A stretch of 64,000 nt of DNA, taken from a virus. A program made the translations under genes and the position numbers. The notes beneath the pieces are model-generated. The model was given only the letters and a program-made list of their open reading frames with translations, ran no database searches and had not been told where the DNA came from. The stretch is taken from IMG/VR virus record IMGVR_UViG_3300033516_000084, positions 1-64,000 of that record. One strand, written 5' to 3'. The first letter of the stretch is position 1. Each line of letters starts with the position of its first letter. This document shows positions 10,604 through 23,200 of this stretch, piece by piece.

Positions 10604-11709
10604 ACCGGGCCCTCGGTTGGTGCAATCAATTGCAGAGGCTGTACAGTGGCCACTGCCTGTATCCGGTCAGCTACCACCGACCTGTAGGACTCACTGTAGT
10701 CATAGGCCATGACCGTCCACTCTTTGTACACGTTCAACATGTGAAATAGGTAGTTTCCTTGTGCATCAGACCATGTTTCCCGTACTACCGTGTTACCCTT
10801 TGGGTCTATCAACTGCACTCTGCGGGCCACCGGTATGTTGTCAGGGGCAGCGGCTATGTTCAGCGTACCAACTATTTCACCAGTACCCCGGTAATAGGAA
10901 CTGGCCTTACCTACAGAAAGGTCCATATACCGGTAATGGTGTTTTTTGCCACTCCAATCACCTACGGGGGCGTTGAGTCGGTCAAACTCGTACATCACCT
11001 TGTTCAAGGTGCCTGCGGATGGGCCATTAGGACTAAGCAGGGGGCTGAATTGTTTATCAATCCAAGTACTTGCCGGTGGGTCAACAAGTTGTAGGTCAAG
11101 GGGTATACCAGACGGACTTCCTGAGGATACACGGTGAATACGGATAATAGAATCATATGTACATACACAGGGGTACAGTACGTGTGTATGGTTGTACGTG
11201 TGTTGATGTTGAAAACACAGCTTACCGTCCACGTAGTACCGCATTACACGAAGTGTGGGGTCGGTAGGGCTGCCAAGATACTCTACCCGTAGTACCTGCC
11301 TGTTGCCCACAAGGTAGCTGGGCCATGTGTATGGGGCTGATACTCCAACCCCCCCTATCTTTGTTTCACCACTAAACGCAGTAGGCCAATAACTAGACAC
11401 CCACAGGTCTTTGGTGTTCCTAAACGCCCACCCGGCAGCACTGGAGCCAGATGTTAGAGAAATTCCTACATAAGTATACTGATTATTGTAGTACCACTGA
11501 TCTTCTCCCAAACTAGGGTTAATAACCTCAATATCAGCCTCAAACCAGAAGTCTAGGCCAAGCACCTCGTTAAATCTAATCAACGAGTAACTGGTGCCTC
11601 CTTGCACGTCCAGGGCCTGGGACTCTGGATTCCATGCAATTGATTGCAGACCACCCAGTGCCGTATAGGTGGGGGCAGCGGGCGCGGTGTCGAACTGATG
11701 GTCAAACAC
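10600..11709 (-). CDS. Tail fibre-associated protein (lectin-like N-terminus, C-terminal ARRVQL...TWSDAQGNY.F domain)
   Basis: 369-aa ORF in the tail operon; the C-terminal domain resembles the segment at aa ~170-250 of 7199-9643. Confidence 0.55.
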   Translation of the reverse strand: MFDHQFDTAPAAPTYTALGGLQSIAWNPESQALDVQGGTSYSLIRFNEVLGLDFWFEADIEVINPSLGEDQWYYNNQYTYVGISLTSGSSAAGWAFRNTKDLWVSSYWPTAFSGETKIGGVGVSAPYTWPSYLVGNRQVLRVEYLGSPTDPTLRVMRYYVDGKLCFQHQHTYNHTHVLYPCVCTYDSIIRIHRVSSGSPSGIPLDLQLVDPPASTWIDKQFSPLLSPNGPSAGTLNKVMYEFDRLNAPVGDWSGKKHHYRYMDLSVGKASSYYRGTGEIVGTLNIAAAPDNIPVARRVQLIDPKGNTVVRETWSDAQGNYLFHMLNVYKEWTVMAYDYSESYRSVVADRIQAVATVQPLQLIAPTEGPV

Positions 11710-11710
11710 C

Positions 11711-12991
11711 TTATCTCCACGGTCCAGTTATATCAAATGGGGTGTATGCCCCTTCGGTCTCATTACTGTATTGGCTGCGTACCAACATGAATTTACGGCC
11801 TTCCTGCCCAACCACATTGTCAATAATAGTTTGATCTGAATACCCGGTAGCCTGAGGCAACCAGCGCATACCCGGCATCATACCCCTCATATTGGAGTCG
11901 TCCTGTCGGCAATATACGGGCATTAACCAGATGCTGTAGTCCGGGGCGTTAGGAAACGGGATACTACCACGTCCATTGACCTGACTACTGTTGTTGGTGT
12001 TCAACGAACATACACTCCAGCCAACGGGATTACCTACTTGTGTATGGTTGCGTAGTAACAAATTACCGGCTCCATCGATGGAGGTTGTTATTCCACCGTA
12101 ACTATCATATTGTCCAGGATAGCTCCAGTAACTAGCGGAGGAATTACTCCAGTAATTAGGTGAGGCGTGCAGTACCGTACTGTACTTGTCTCCGGGCTTG
12201 AACGAGTTTATGTCACCAAAGCAATAGCAGTTGCGCCCATACCATCCATACTCTGCGGCATTGGTAATATACAGATAGAACATTCTACTGTCACCAACGA
12301 TCACCCAATTTCTTGCACCACTCCCACTATCACCACTATGGTCATAAGAACCAGTACGTCCGTAGTACCACTTATAGTAGCCGAACTGGTTTGGCTCCGA
12401 TGAGGTCCAGTTCTGGTTAGGTTTATTCGGGTCGAACGGGGCCTGTGGGCCGGTAACGGTGTCTATGTCCGACATACTCTCAACAATACCAACGGCCCCC
12501 CACTTAGCCCAGGTACTGTCGTACCCAGTGGCCTTAATACCATCATCGACCACCAGCATATTTCCTAGGGCATGGGGGTCAAGACTACGATAGGCCCTCT
12601 TATTCAGCTTTGTGTACACTATCTCGAACCCTAACGGAGCTACCACGATGGTGATAGATGACGTGGTGCTTGATGGGCTAGGGGGCGTACCCACTACCTC
12701 GAAGGTAAAGGAGTTAAAGGTCTTGGTCAACACCCGGTGCTCACCGTTGTAGTCCGCTTGGAAAGCGCCTGTGATCTTAACCACCTGCCCGATATTAAAA
12801 GCATGGCCGGTTGATATGTGGGCGGTAGCAATGTCACCTACTCGCGTAAGGGACTCTGCGGTTTTGGCCCCAAACCCGTACACCAGAACCGAGTCTAGTA
12901 AGGCTGTCAAGTTACCCCAGCTATTGGACACAGCGGGTGCCCCGGCCATTCCACTATTGTAGTATTTTACCGACATGTCATCCATGGTCAT
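11711..12991 (-). CDS. Tail fibre/tail-tip protein, paralog of 1626-2921
   Basis: 426 aa, collinear similarity with 1626-2921, ends FDITGPWR. Confidence 0.7.
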   Translation of the reverse strand: MTMDDMSVKYYNSGMAGAPAVSNSWGNLTALLDSVLVYGFGAKTAESLTRVGDIATAHISTGHAFNIGQVVKITGAFQADYNGEHRVLTKTFNSFTFEVVGTPPSPSSTTSSITIVVAPLGFEIVYTKLNKRAYRSLDPHALGNMLVVDDGIKATGYDSTWAKWGAVGIVESMSDIDTVTGPQAPFDPNKPNQNWTSSEPNQFGYYKWYYGRTGSYDHSGDSGSGARNWVIVGDSRMFYLYITNAAEYGWYGRNCYCFGDINSFKPGDKYSTVLHASPNYWSNSSASYWSYPGQYDSYGGITTSIDGAGNLLLRNHTQVGNPVGWSVCSLNTNNSSQVNGRGSIPFPNAPDYSIWLMPVYCRQDDSNMRGMMPGMRWLPQATGYSDQTIIDNVVGQEGRKFMLVRSQYSNETEGAYTPFDITGPWR

Positions 12992-13000
12992 TCCTAATTG

Positions 13001-16000
13001 TTATGGGATATACGGGGCATCTACGTCACCACGCACCAAAAGAGAAAAACTATCTTGCGATATAGTCTCGGGACCTTGTTGAACAGTTCGTACCACCCAG
13101 AAGGGGTACTGTAGACCTATGGTATTAAAGCGCAGTACATTACCATCTACCCACCCTGCACCCCAACCAAGGACTGGAATGCTGAAGTAAGGAACTCCTG
13201 TTATCGGGTTAAGAGGGGCAAACGGAACACCTTGTGGGTGCTCTACCGTAGGGGTATTAAAAGCCCCGGTAGTACTTAGTTGACCAATGTTCTGACCAAT
13301 TGCGACAAATCCGGTGGAGCCAGAGAATTTGATAATCCACTTCTCTGTGATAGCCCCGGCGTTGGTTACTACAATGGGGTAGACCGTTGAATTGTAGTTG
13401 GCAATACAGGCACTACCTATTAAGGTGTCAGACCATACCCCGGTCCATGTGTATTGGTCAAATACTACGGATACACGGGCCCTCATATCACCGGCAACCA
13501 AGGCCGAAGATACATAAGAACTCTCTGCCGGGTAGTCGTGGCTGAGTGGGCGTGTGAACCCTAGCTGTCCCGTGATCTGCACATCAGACAGTTGTACCAT
13601 ATCCTCAATCCTGTGCTCTACCACAACCGGGTGTGCCCACGTAGCGGTGTCTTCCATAAAAATGGAACCGGCATCAAGGTTTGGGGTGTACCCGGTGGTG
13701 ATAACTGCCCCATTGGAATCCACCAAACGTACACGACTAAGACGTTCACGGCCACACAATATGGTTTGATTATTGGAGTACGACTGAGCTGTTATTCTCT
13801 TGGTATTACCAACAACAGCAAATCCTCCGGGCATAAAAATAGGCACTTTACCGTCCTGAGTCAGTCTAACTGGGTCAATACCCAGAATATCAGCGTTCAA
13901 TGGCAAGTAGAAGTAACTAACCGCGTTGTACCTGATACTATTTGGGTCGATAGGCCATGGTCTCCACACCTTACCAGCGGCGGTAATTTGGGTAGCGGCT
14001 TTAGCGTACCACCATTCGGCCTTGTCATCGTCTGTAAGCGAGCTGTTGTCTACAAGATCACCAAAAATAAGGTCTACAGTACCTGTTTGATAATCAATGG
14101 TACCTAGGCAATGGTCTCCGGTTATAAGCCCATGTATATCCGAGGTACCAATAATCTGAGTACCTGCCACGTCTATGGCGCTAAGTACCAGACCTCCGGG
14201 TTTGATAGGCGCACTGGCTGTCCTAAAGAAAGCCCTAGAGGTTGTCCAATCACCTTTACTCACCCACAGTGAATCCAAAGATAAGGCAGTTGGTGACCCA
14301 CTAACCACGTAGTCGGTTAGGTGGGCCATACCCGTTATGTAGTCAATGATACCAGACAGTACCCCCGTGGTTGTAGTGCCTGGGTCTCGGTATAGCTTGC
14401 CATCTAGGTCTTGATAGACATGGCCCATCCATGTAAACCTTACAGAGTGCGGAGCAATCCTGCTAGTGGTGTATGGTGCTAGGTCTATAGTAACTACAGG
14501 GGGTACGTAGCTCTGGGTATGGGGGGTGGATACTGCCGCGCCTGTACGATAGATTACCTGTAAAGCAGTATTATCAAACGTCTCCTTCACCCCGGTAGTG
14601 CCATACGAACCACCTTGGCTAGAAGAACTACCTCCAGATGACGAACTAACCGAGGAACTAGAAGCAGGTATTAAGTTCACACCCCAACCTGCGGACTGCC
14701 CAGGGTCTGAGCTACTAGAGGACGCAGCAGCACCAAAGTCTCCCCCAGACTCGGTATCAGAAGAATAGGAGTTAGTGGTAGTCGATGGGTCAACCACTTT
14801 GACGGTAATGGTTTTACCTTGGTAGTTAATGGTTCCCATGGAGTTCATGAAACCACCCTCACCATCTTCTGTGAGGTTGTGGGATACGGCTATTACTTGA
14901 TTACTTACTTGGCTACTAGCGGTAGTATGCTTACTGCTAGAGCCTCCAGTAGAGGAACTTGTAACCGTAGTTGAGCTCACTCTGGCTGTGCTTATAGCAT
15001 AATCTACAGTAACTGTGGTAGATGGACTGTATGTACGACCAACCCCTCCAGCATAGCCAGACCCTGCGGGAGCGGCCCCACCACCACTGGAGTATGAACC
15101 CCCAGATGTGTAGCTATATGACATTGGTTTATAATCATTCAAGATTGTACCGTTAGTAGCAGAGTTTGACGATGAGCTTTTCATGCCGCTACCAGAAGAC
15201 ATTTTCCCACCCGAGGTACTGGACACCTGTCTAATGGTTATCCACTCTACGGACACGGAGCCTTCTACAGGAACTTCATCCGTTTGGAAGGTGACAAACC
15301 CACCAGTAGAGATGGAAAGAAGCTCCTTCGTCTCATATTTTACGGTATTCCATGTATAGGTTATACTAAACTCACCACCAGCATCTGGCATGGCCGATGG
15401 GATTATGTTCAAGCGACCTAGGGTATGGGATACAAACCCGGTAGCGTGGCCAGATAGGTACCCTTTAAGGTCTGCGGTAGCGGTCTTCAGTACACCGCCA
15501 GACAGCCATGTGACCACCAACGAGCCTGGGTCAATGCCCTCATTGTCTAGCTCAAGGCTAAACTCGGGCTGTCTGAAGGTGGCCAATCCACTCATGTTGG
15601 TGTATCCACGGGTCTCACCCCAGGCGTAGATAAGGCTGGTACTACTGTCTGGGTAGGATGGTAGGGTGATGGATATAGAACCGGTCAAGTAGTTGACTGT
15701 CCCCGTACCTTGGCCGGTAAAGCTACCTAGGCCATCATCTAGCAGCGAGTACCATTCTCCCAAGGCCATGAACGATACTTCTATTGAACCGGGGGCGGGT
15801 AGCGGGTTAAGTATTTGTACGTAGCTAAAGCTACGATTCTCCTGCCCAATACGAACACGCATACTGTGGGGGGATAGCCCAACTTCGATTAGCCTAGGGG
15901 TTGTGGCCAGGGTTTGGTTACGGGTAGCCGATGGTAGTACATCTACTTCAACCTTCTCAGTGGCCGCACTAGGCACTAGGCTGGTGTACACGGTGGTCAC

Positions 16001-16747
16001 CACGGCCTTACTGTCCCCCACTTTAGCCTCTAGCTTTAAGGGTACTACACCGCAATAAGAACCGGCATCCGCTACTGAAGTGTCTCGGGTCAGTGTCTTA
16101 TCTTTGGCCACAGTAAAGAACTCATTATCGGGTGAGCCGGGGAAAGCATACCGCAGGGCATCTGATATGTCACAGGATACCACTTTTGCCTGATAGGCCT
16201 CCCCATTAGTCCTGGTGAACGTGCGCTCAATTGAATCCACACGAATAATCCGTACATACTGAGACCTCTCAGTGGTCTTACCCTCATCGAACACTAGCAC
16301 CAGAGTGCGGCCAATGGTAGGGTTAGCTACTGATGGCCGTTGAAACAGTTGGATTATTCGCTGACCTGCTACATGGTTCTCAAATAGGAATCCAGGCCAC
16401 ATGGACGAGCTAATCAAGTACGACTCCACGGTGGCAGCAGCAGCCAAACGGGTGTCGAACGTATCTCTTGAGGGGAAAATGGTTACGCTTACCCTAGGGT
16501 CTTTGGGGGGTTCGGCGATGATCACGTTCACACCCAAGAACGGTGAAGTGTCATCCGTATGCACTACTGCGTGAACCTTACGCATTGACACGTTACCACC
16601 AGCGCGGGCTAGTTCACTTATGTCATCAAAGATAGCGTTTGACTGGGCATCAAGAATCACGTTGGCGCTAGGAGGGCCACCGCCCTCTGGTACGTCTAGC
16701 ATGACACTGGACTTAACCAGCTTTATATTCTGTTCTTGGATAGGCAT
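13001..16747 (-). CDS. Large tail-tip/baseplate-hub-like protein
   Basis: 1248 aa, MPIQEQNIKLVKSSVMLDVPEGGG...NAIFDDISELARAGG.VSMRK; repeated G.(I/V)(D/N)Y.TG motifs; C-terminal WVVRTVQQG...RGDVD; second gene after the TMP. Confidence 0.75.
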   Translation of the reverse strand: MPIQEQNIKLVKSSVMLDVPEGGGPPSANVILDAQSNAIFDDISELARAGGNVSMRKVHAVVHTDDTSPFLGVNVIIAEPPKDPRVSVTIFPSRDTFDTRLAAAATVESYLISSSMWPGFLFENHVAGQRIIQLFQRPSVANPTIGRTLVLVFDEGKTTERSQYVRIIRVDSIERTFTRTNGEAYQAKVVSCDISDALRYAFPGSPDNEFFTVAKDKTLTRDTSVADAGSYCGVVPLKLEAKVGDSKAVVTTVYTSLVPSAATEKVEVDVLPSATRNQTLATTPRLIEVGLSPHSMRVRIGQENRSFSYVQILNPLPAPGSIEVSFMALGEWYSLLDDGLGSFTGQGTGTVNYLTGSISITLPSYPDSSTSLIYAWGETRGYTNMSGLATFRQPEFSLELDNEGIDPGSLVVTWLSGGVLKTATADLKGYLSGHATGFVSHTLGRLNIIPSAMPDAGGEFSITYTWNTVKYETKELLSISTGGFVTFQTDEVPVEGSVSVEWITIRQVSSTSGGKMSSGSGMKSSSSNSATNGTILNDYKPMSYSYTSGGSYSSGGGAAPAGSGYAGGVGRTYSPSTTVTVDYAISTARVSSTTVTSSSTGGSSSKHTTASSQVSNQVIAVSHNLTEDGEGGFMNSMGTINYQGKTITVKVVDPSTTTNSYSSDTESGGDFGAAASSSSSDPGQSAGWGVNLIPASSSSVSSSSGGSSSSQGGSYGTTGVKETFDNTALQVIYRTGAAVSTPHTQSYVPPVVTIDLAPYTTSRIAPHSVRFTWMGHVYQDLDGKLYRDPGTTTTGVLSGIIDYITGMAHLTDYVVSGSPTALSLDSLWVSKGDWTTSRAFFRTASAPIKPGGLVLSAIDVAGTQIIGTSDIHGLITGDHCLGTIDYQTGTVDLIFGDLVDNSSLTDDDKAEWWYAKAATQITAAGKVWRPWPIDPNSIRYNAVSYFYLPLNADILGIDPVRLTQDGKVPIFMPGGFAVVGNTKRITAQSYSNNQTILCGRERLSRVRLVDSNGAVITTGYTPNLDAGSIFMEDTATWAHPVVVEHRIEDMVQLSDVQITGQLGFTRPLSHDYPAESSYVSSALVAGDMRARVSVVFDQYTWTGVWSDTLIGSACIANYNSTVYPIVVTNAGAITEKWIIKFSGSTGFVAIGQNIGQLSTTGAFNTPTVEHPQGVPFAPLNPITGVPYFSIPVLGWGAGWVDGNVLRFNTIGLQYPFWVVRTVQQGPETISQDSFSLLVRGDVDAPYIP

Positions 16748-16749
16748 AA

Positions 16750-17160
16750 TCAGACCTCAATCAATCTCAACACAATAGTCCACCACGAATCGGGCTCATG
16801 TTCTGGAAACCCTTTTACTGGTTTTGAGTCCAGTGCCCCGTCAGAATGTCTGAACATCACCGTAAACTCACGAACATCATCCGGGTATTCTAGCACCAGC
16901 GTCATCCTCCTACCCTGTACATTTGCCCATTCGTACAACTTCTCTACCGTTGACCGTTGAACCCACCCCATCTCTGCGTCGGCAGGCTCAAGGGTTATCT
17001 TCCTGCCTTTCTGCATGACCGCAGTTTCTATCAACAACGCCCCGGTAAGGGTGTAGGAGTAGGCAGATACTACGGGTGCCCACTGCATCTCATCGTTCCA
17101 CATCAGGGTGTCCGGTAGCTGTACCACATCCAGCGGGTTAAGGGCGTTGACCAGTTTCAT
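16750..17160 (-). CDS. Distal-tail-like protein
   Basis: 136-aa gene directly after the TMP; LPD.L.W.DE..W.PV...YTLTGAL......GR.ITL pattern. Confidence 0.65.
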   Translation of the reverse strand: MKLVNALNPLDVVQLPDTLMWNDEMQWAPVVSAYSYTLTGALLIETAVMQKGRKITLEPADAEMGWVQRSTVEKLYEWANVQGRRMTLVLEYPDDVREFTVMFRHSDGALDSKPVKGFPEHEPDSWWTIVLRLIEV

Positions 17161-17213
17161 AGAGTTTCCGTTTTTACGTTGGGGGCCTGTGCAATTGATT
17201 GCACAGACTTGGG

Positions 17214-20200
17214 TTACATTGACCGGGACTTCAGTTCACCCAGTAAGGCCAGTAGGTCGCTCGACTTGTTACTAGCCACTTCCACACTCACCTGTTTGCC
17301 GTTAGAGCGTAGATCGACCTGCACAATTTGTGATGGTGCTGGCGCATTAACAAGACCACCTTTTTCAAAAGCGAACCCTTGGGTAATGGGCATGGCGGGC
17401 ATGGTCATAAAGTCAAACTGAGACCCTATTCTATCAGCGTTCTGTAGACTTAGCGGGGATGGGAAAGACGCATTATCTACCATACCTCCAGTAGCATACC
17501 CCTTGGCATGGTCTCTAAACCAGTCCATCGGTGAACCGGCTGCGGCTATCTTAGAAAAGAAGTCTGACCCAAAATTACGAACCACGTCCTGTGGCACCAC
17601 GAACTCACCGGGTGTCAGCATCGCGGGTACGGTATCCGAGGCCGCTATGTTACCTCCCTCAGCAAATCCCTTCAGCCCTTTAAGCAGATCAAACACCGAC
17701 TCACCGGTGGCCAATCCCTTAGTACTGAATATACTTGGGAGTGTATCTTTCCACTTAGAAACAATGGTAGCCGCATCCCCTACATCAGTAGCTAATCCAG
17801 GTAGAGCCCCGGTATCGGGGGCAGCGGATTCGCCACCCACATCACCACCGGTAGCAAACACAGAGTACCCATCAGTAGCCTCAGGGTAAACTACCTTACC
17901 ACCCATAGCCAAACCAACCTTGGATTCCCTAAGCTCCTTTCTGGAAAGTTCAAGTTGAGCCCGGTCTTCGATGTCCTGAGCCTTGTACGTGTCCTCTATC
18001 TCCTGTAGACCATTAGTGAGTTGTACTGCGGCCTCTGTATCTCTAGACGAAGCATCCTCTGCTATCTGTCGTTGGCCCTCTTTGTACTGGACTGCCTCGG
18101 AATCCATGTTCTCAGTGTAAGCGGTTTGTAATGAGTCCAAGGCACTGGTGTTCTGGGCAATATCCTCTTTCTTCTTAGCCTCATAGTCGTTATCAACCGT
18201 TCTCTGGGTGATACCGTACTGTACCTCCCTCTCGGTTTTCTGGGCCACGTATCCGGTAGTCAAGTCTGTCTTATTGTCACTATAGGTCTTATAGCGGGCA
18301 GAAGTTTGGTCTTTGTACGAAGTTTCTATGTCCTCTTCAGAGTCCAAGTGGGCCGTTTTACCCTGGTCATAGGTAGCTTTGTAAGCAAGGTCAGTAGCAG
18401 CCTTGTCCTTGTCTTGTTGTACTTTATCTTCCTTGGCCTTGGCTGCGTAGGTCTCTTCAATCTCTGTTGCCGCATTTTTATACTGTATACCATCCTCAGT
18501 ATTCTTTTCGGCAAGGGCAATACCAGCTTCCTTATCGGACTCGTTGTGGGCCCTAAGCTCTTGAGCCAATTTAGCACTGTAATCCAGTGCGCGGGCGGTC
18601 TCAGAGCTTTGGTAGGACTTCTCGTCACTGGCTACCTTGGCCTGATACTCTTTTTCAACAGACTCTTCTTGCTGGCTCTTAGCTATACCATCCTCGCTAA
18701 TTCTGGCCTTATTGACAGTGGTAACGTCCTCGGTAGAAGTAGTTTTAGTGGTAGTCAGGTCCTGTACACTCTGGGTGTACGCTTGGTCGGCACTCGCCTC
18801 CCCAACGGTCATAGCTTTTGAGGCCTCAGTATCCTTTATAACGAGGTCTGTCTTCAACGCTTTTATAGCCTCGGCCTTGGCCACAGGGTCTTCTATCTTA
18901 TTAGCTTTACTCATGGCGGCTGAAGCCACCTTATTAGCGTCCCCCTTAGCGGTGTCCGTAGCCGCTGAGAGTTGGGATAGCGCACGCTCCTTCTGGACAC
19001 CTGCCGCCGCCACACCACGGTCAAAACTAGTACCTATACCGCTCAGACTTACAGCATAAGCCAGATCACCTTTCCTACCAGACTCTTTGAAGGCATCGTT
19101 GCTATCGGATACAGTCTTCTCCTTGGCAATTTTACCTGCGCTCACTGTCTCAGCATAGGAGGTTGCGGCATCAGAAGATGCCTTTGAGTTTGCTATCTGC
19201 TCTTCATTAAGGTTGGCAGCAAAAGACCGGTCATTATTACTAAGCCCGGTGTCGTAGCTCAACTTACTTAGTCTAGTTGTTTCGGAGTAACTCTTATCGT
19301 TGTTTTTGGTGTCCTTGGCATGGGCTATCCCATCTAGCCTAGCGGTATTGGCATAGGATTCTGTGCTGTCAGACAGGATTTTGTCGTAGTCCTTTGTGCC
19401 AGCGGCTACCGTGCGGGCATACGCCGTATCATTGTCCCGCAAAGTATTCTTATGCGAGGTGCTAGCAGCATCCGACTCCCTTGTATAGGAGGTCGTCATC
19501 CCGGTAGCAGACGTGTTATAGGCTAGCTGGGCTAGTCGTTGGGTCTCAGAGTCTGCATCACGATAGTCCTTTTCTGTTTTATCATGGGCAGTAGAACCAG
19601 CCTTTTTGGTGTCTGTGAAGTTCTTATCTTGGGCAGTCCTAGATTTATACAGCTCTTTATCATAGGCATCCACCGTGGCCTTGTGCGTGCGGTCTAGGTC
19701 TGCCGTTGATTTAGCCGTAGCCACATCAGCCACCCTATTGGCCTCGGTGTCTGCTTTTATCAGCGCATCCTTTGCCGCCTTCTTAGCTATCCAGGACTTG
19801 CGTTGCACCTCGTTAAAGGCATCAACAAGGTCCTTGTCCGTAACAGCTCCACCCTCAGCGTAGTACCCGACAGGCCCACCTTCAGCATGGTACTCTACCT
19901 CACCACCCTCGGCATAGGCCGGTTTCGCCCTAGCAGACGCTTTGGCACCAGTAGCTTTTTGGTAGGCAGAAGCCAAGTCCGCTTTGTTTTTCTCAAAGTT
20001 ATACAGGTCCTCATCAGATGGATTGCTACCCAACTTACTAAAGTCATCCTCCAAGTCCTTGTTAGCAAGGTCAAACCTATTCTGGGCAACCAGGTCTTCT
20101 AACTCTAATACCTCTGCCTTACTTCCATCAAACCCGGCAGATAGGGTGTCGGTGCGCTCTTGTTTCTCAGCAGCTAACTTTTCCTCATTTGTGGTTATAC

Positions 20201-23200
20201 CATTAAAGGCCTCTAGTTCCCCTCGTTTTGTATCAGCAGCTTGCTTATCTTTACCAGATTGAATAGTAGAACGCTCAGACTGTACATGCTCTTCACGTTG
20301 GTGACGTAGCGCGTCCTCTACCTTCTTAGCATCAGCACCTACTGAACCCCCCTCTGCATGATAGTCCACCTCACCGCCCTCGGCAAAGGCAGGGCGGGCC
20401 AAAGACCTGTTTATGATATTGTCCTTCCCTGTGCTCTTGAGCCACGTAAGGCGCTCAGCCTCTCTAGTGCTCTTACTCTTGTCATAGGAGTCATCTACAG
20501 ATTGTAGGTCTCCCTGTGGACTCCTAGAGCGGGCTTTTGTGTAGGCAGTATAGGCCGCACTATCTTGACCAGACCACGAAGACTGGTTCGTTATTAGACC
20601 GGCACCAAAAGACGAGCTATCACTTGAACCCCCCTCTTCAAAGAACAGTGAGTCTACTTGGCCTCCGGTGGCAAACGCCTGCACCTCCCCCCCGGTAGCG
20701 AAGCCGTTGTACTTGGCAGTAATCTCTTTCTTGCCAAGCTCGAACTGGTACTGGGCCTCGATGGACCTGGCCTTGTCGTCTTCTTTTAAGGAGGTTATGG
20801 CGTTATTGGTTTGAATAACCAACTCAGTTGCTCTAGCCTGGTCATTAATATCCAGGGTTTCGTTATCGAATCTGAACTTGGAGGAATCAGACTGCCTCTT
20901 GGTATCGAATGAATCGGATAGGTCGGTATGTGCCCTAGCCACTAAGCGGGCATCCTCTACCTTCTTAGCCTCATTCTCAGAGTCCACTCTCTTACGTTGT
21001 AGATCAATCTGGTAAGAGTCTTCGATTGTTTTAGCAGCTAACTGGGTGGTAGCATCTTGAATAGAGTACCCTTTGGTTACCCCTAGTTGAGCTACGGTAT
21101 CCGAGTATGCTACATCAGCCCTTTCTACTTGGGCAGTTGTACCGGAGGAAATGGATTCCTTTGTCTGGGTCAAGGTGTCCATGAGCGTGGATATTGCCGA
21201 AGACCTGCTAGTAGGGTCGTCCATCTGCATGGCCTGCTTGTACTCAGTAGAGGCCGTGGTCTCTGCATCACGTACTGCCCTAGCGGACTCCAAGGCTATC
21301 TGGTCCTTACTACGTACTGTCTGTACCCCGGTATCGGTCACCTGACGTGTGTACCCGGTCTCAATACTTTGATAGGCCGTGGTCAAAGCCACGTCATTGA
21401 GTCTTGAGGACTCCTGTCTAGCTATCTCAAGGTTTGTTTTGACAGTCTCTACCGCCCTAGCACCTGAATCCACTAGGTCTTTGTAGTCCTTATCAATTTT
21501 GTTAGAGGCTGCTGACTGCTGTATCTGGTCTTCTGACTTAATGAAGTCAAAAGATCGTACTGCCGCCTTCTTAGTAGAGTCAAGGGTTACAGCGGCTACC
21601 CTGCTAGACTCTGAGCTATCTTTTTGAATTTTTGTTTCCGCTTTAGCGAGTTCAATTCTAGCTTTACGTTCATCCTCATTATGAGCCGTTTTTAGGGCAG
21701 ATAGGTCTGAGTTATAGGAACCCACAGCACCCCCGGTAGCAAACTTAGCCGGGGCTTTACCATCCTTAGGATGCTCTCTTGCCCAGCGGTCATCGTACCC
21801 CGTTCCACCCATAGAGCCGGGTGTTACTTTACCTCCAAAAGCATACCCACGTATTGGCCCGAGTATGGGCGGGGTAGCCCTCCTATTTCTAGACTCATTA
21901 AGGTAGTCAAAATCCACAGCCCTACCAAATCCTGGGTCTCCGGTAAATCCAGACCCCCTTGCATTACGGCTAACCTCTCCTACGTCCTCACCAACCCCAG
22001 CCCTACCAAATCCTGGGTCTCCGGTAAATCCAATGCCTCTTGTATAGTTATTACTATGTCCTGGGTCACCAATACCCACAAATCCAGGGCTCCCTGTTAG
22101 TACTGGACTTTTTTCATAGTGTTTCCTAAGTCCATCATCGCGCTTAGCCTCATTATCAACAACGGTACGGTTATATTTTGCACTGTGATTCTGATAGGCT
22201 TTCTGGTTTGCATACTCGCTTTCAAAATATGCCCTACCATTGGTATCCGCTGGCCACCAAGAGTTGGAGCCTGCGTAGCCACCGGTAGCAAATTTAGCAG
22301 GGTCACCTAGCCTAGCTTGATAACCACCCGTGGAGGAAGGTTGAGTCCAGCCAATCCTAGCCTTGTACCCAGTACCGGAGTCGGTGGTAGCCCCTAGCTG
22401 TCCAGGACCCTTGGCCCCTAACATACCAGGGCCAGTGGCTCCTAGGCGTGCAATTGATTGCACGGACACCCCGGCGGCACGGTTCTTTTCTTCCTCTTCC
22501 CGTATTTTCTGGTAAAGTTCACCCGCCTTTTGATCGTCACCTTTGGCTTTAGCATCATCATAGGCTGAATTTAGGTCGTCTAACTGGCTTACTACACCCC
22601 CTATAGCGAACTTACGTACAGGTGTTATACCTTTACCCGCATTGGCCTTATCCAGGGCCTTTTCATCGGCTATAATCTCGTCCCAAGTCTGGGGCGCTTT
22701 TTGTCCTGAGGCAACCATTATCTCCGCATTAGTCATCGGGGTCAGCAAAGATTGCTGATACGTTAAATCGGCAAAGTTGGCGGTTTTGGCTTGTACTTTT
22801 TTCGGGTCTTTATGGTTCCCCTTAGAATCTAGAGGGTTTTGTGCCTCTATCATAGCCTCATCAAACGTGCCCAAGGCTTCTGGCGGCGGTGGTAAGTAGA
22901 ATGTAGGTATCCCTGGAATTACCTTATACTCCTGCTTAGGCTCTTCTTTACCACTCCTACTAGAGGCTCTAGCACTCTTTGCGGTGGTGTAGGCTGTGGT
23001 AATAGCCGTTAGGGGTGCTTCATAGGTGGATGCGTAGTTACGCCTTATAGTCTCCTCTTCTGAGGGGGCAGTGGCTAGGGCAGCAGCTAGGTTGCTCTCT
23101 AATCTAGCCTTCCTAGCAGACAGCGCAGTTGAATAAATACGCTCAGCGGCAGCGTCCTCGGCAGCCCATGCCTTCGGGTCTTTGCTGGGGGAAGGAAAGA

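Noticed and set aside
1626-12991. Diversity-generating retroelement acting on the paralogous tail genes
   Set aside because: No reverse transcriptase in the window and no near-identical template/variable repeat pair differing only at adenines was seen; the paralogs are diverged throughout.
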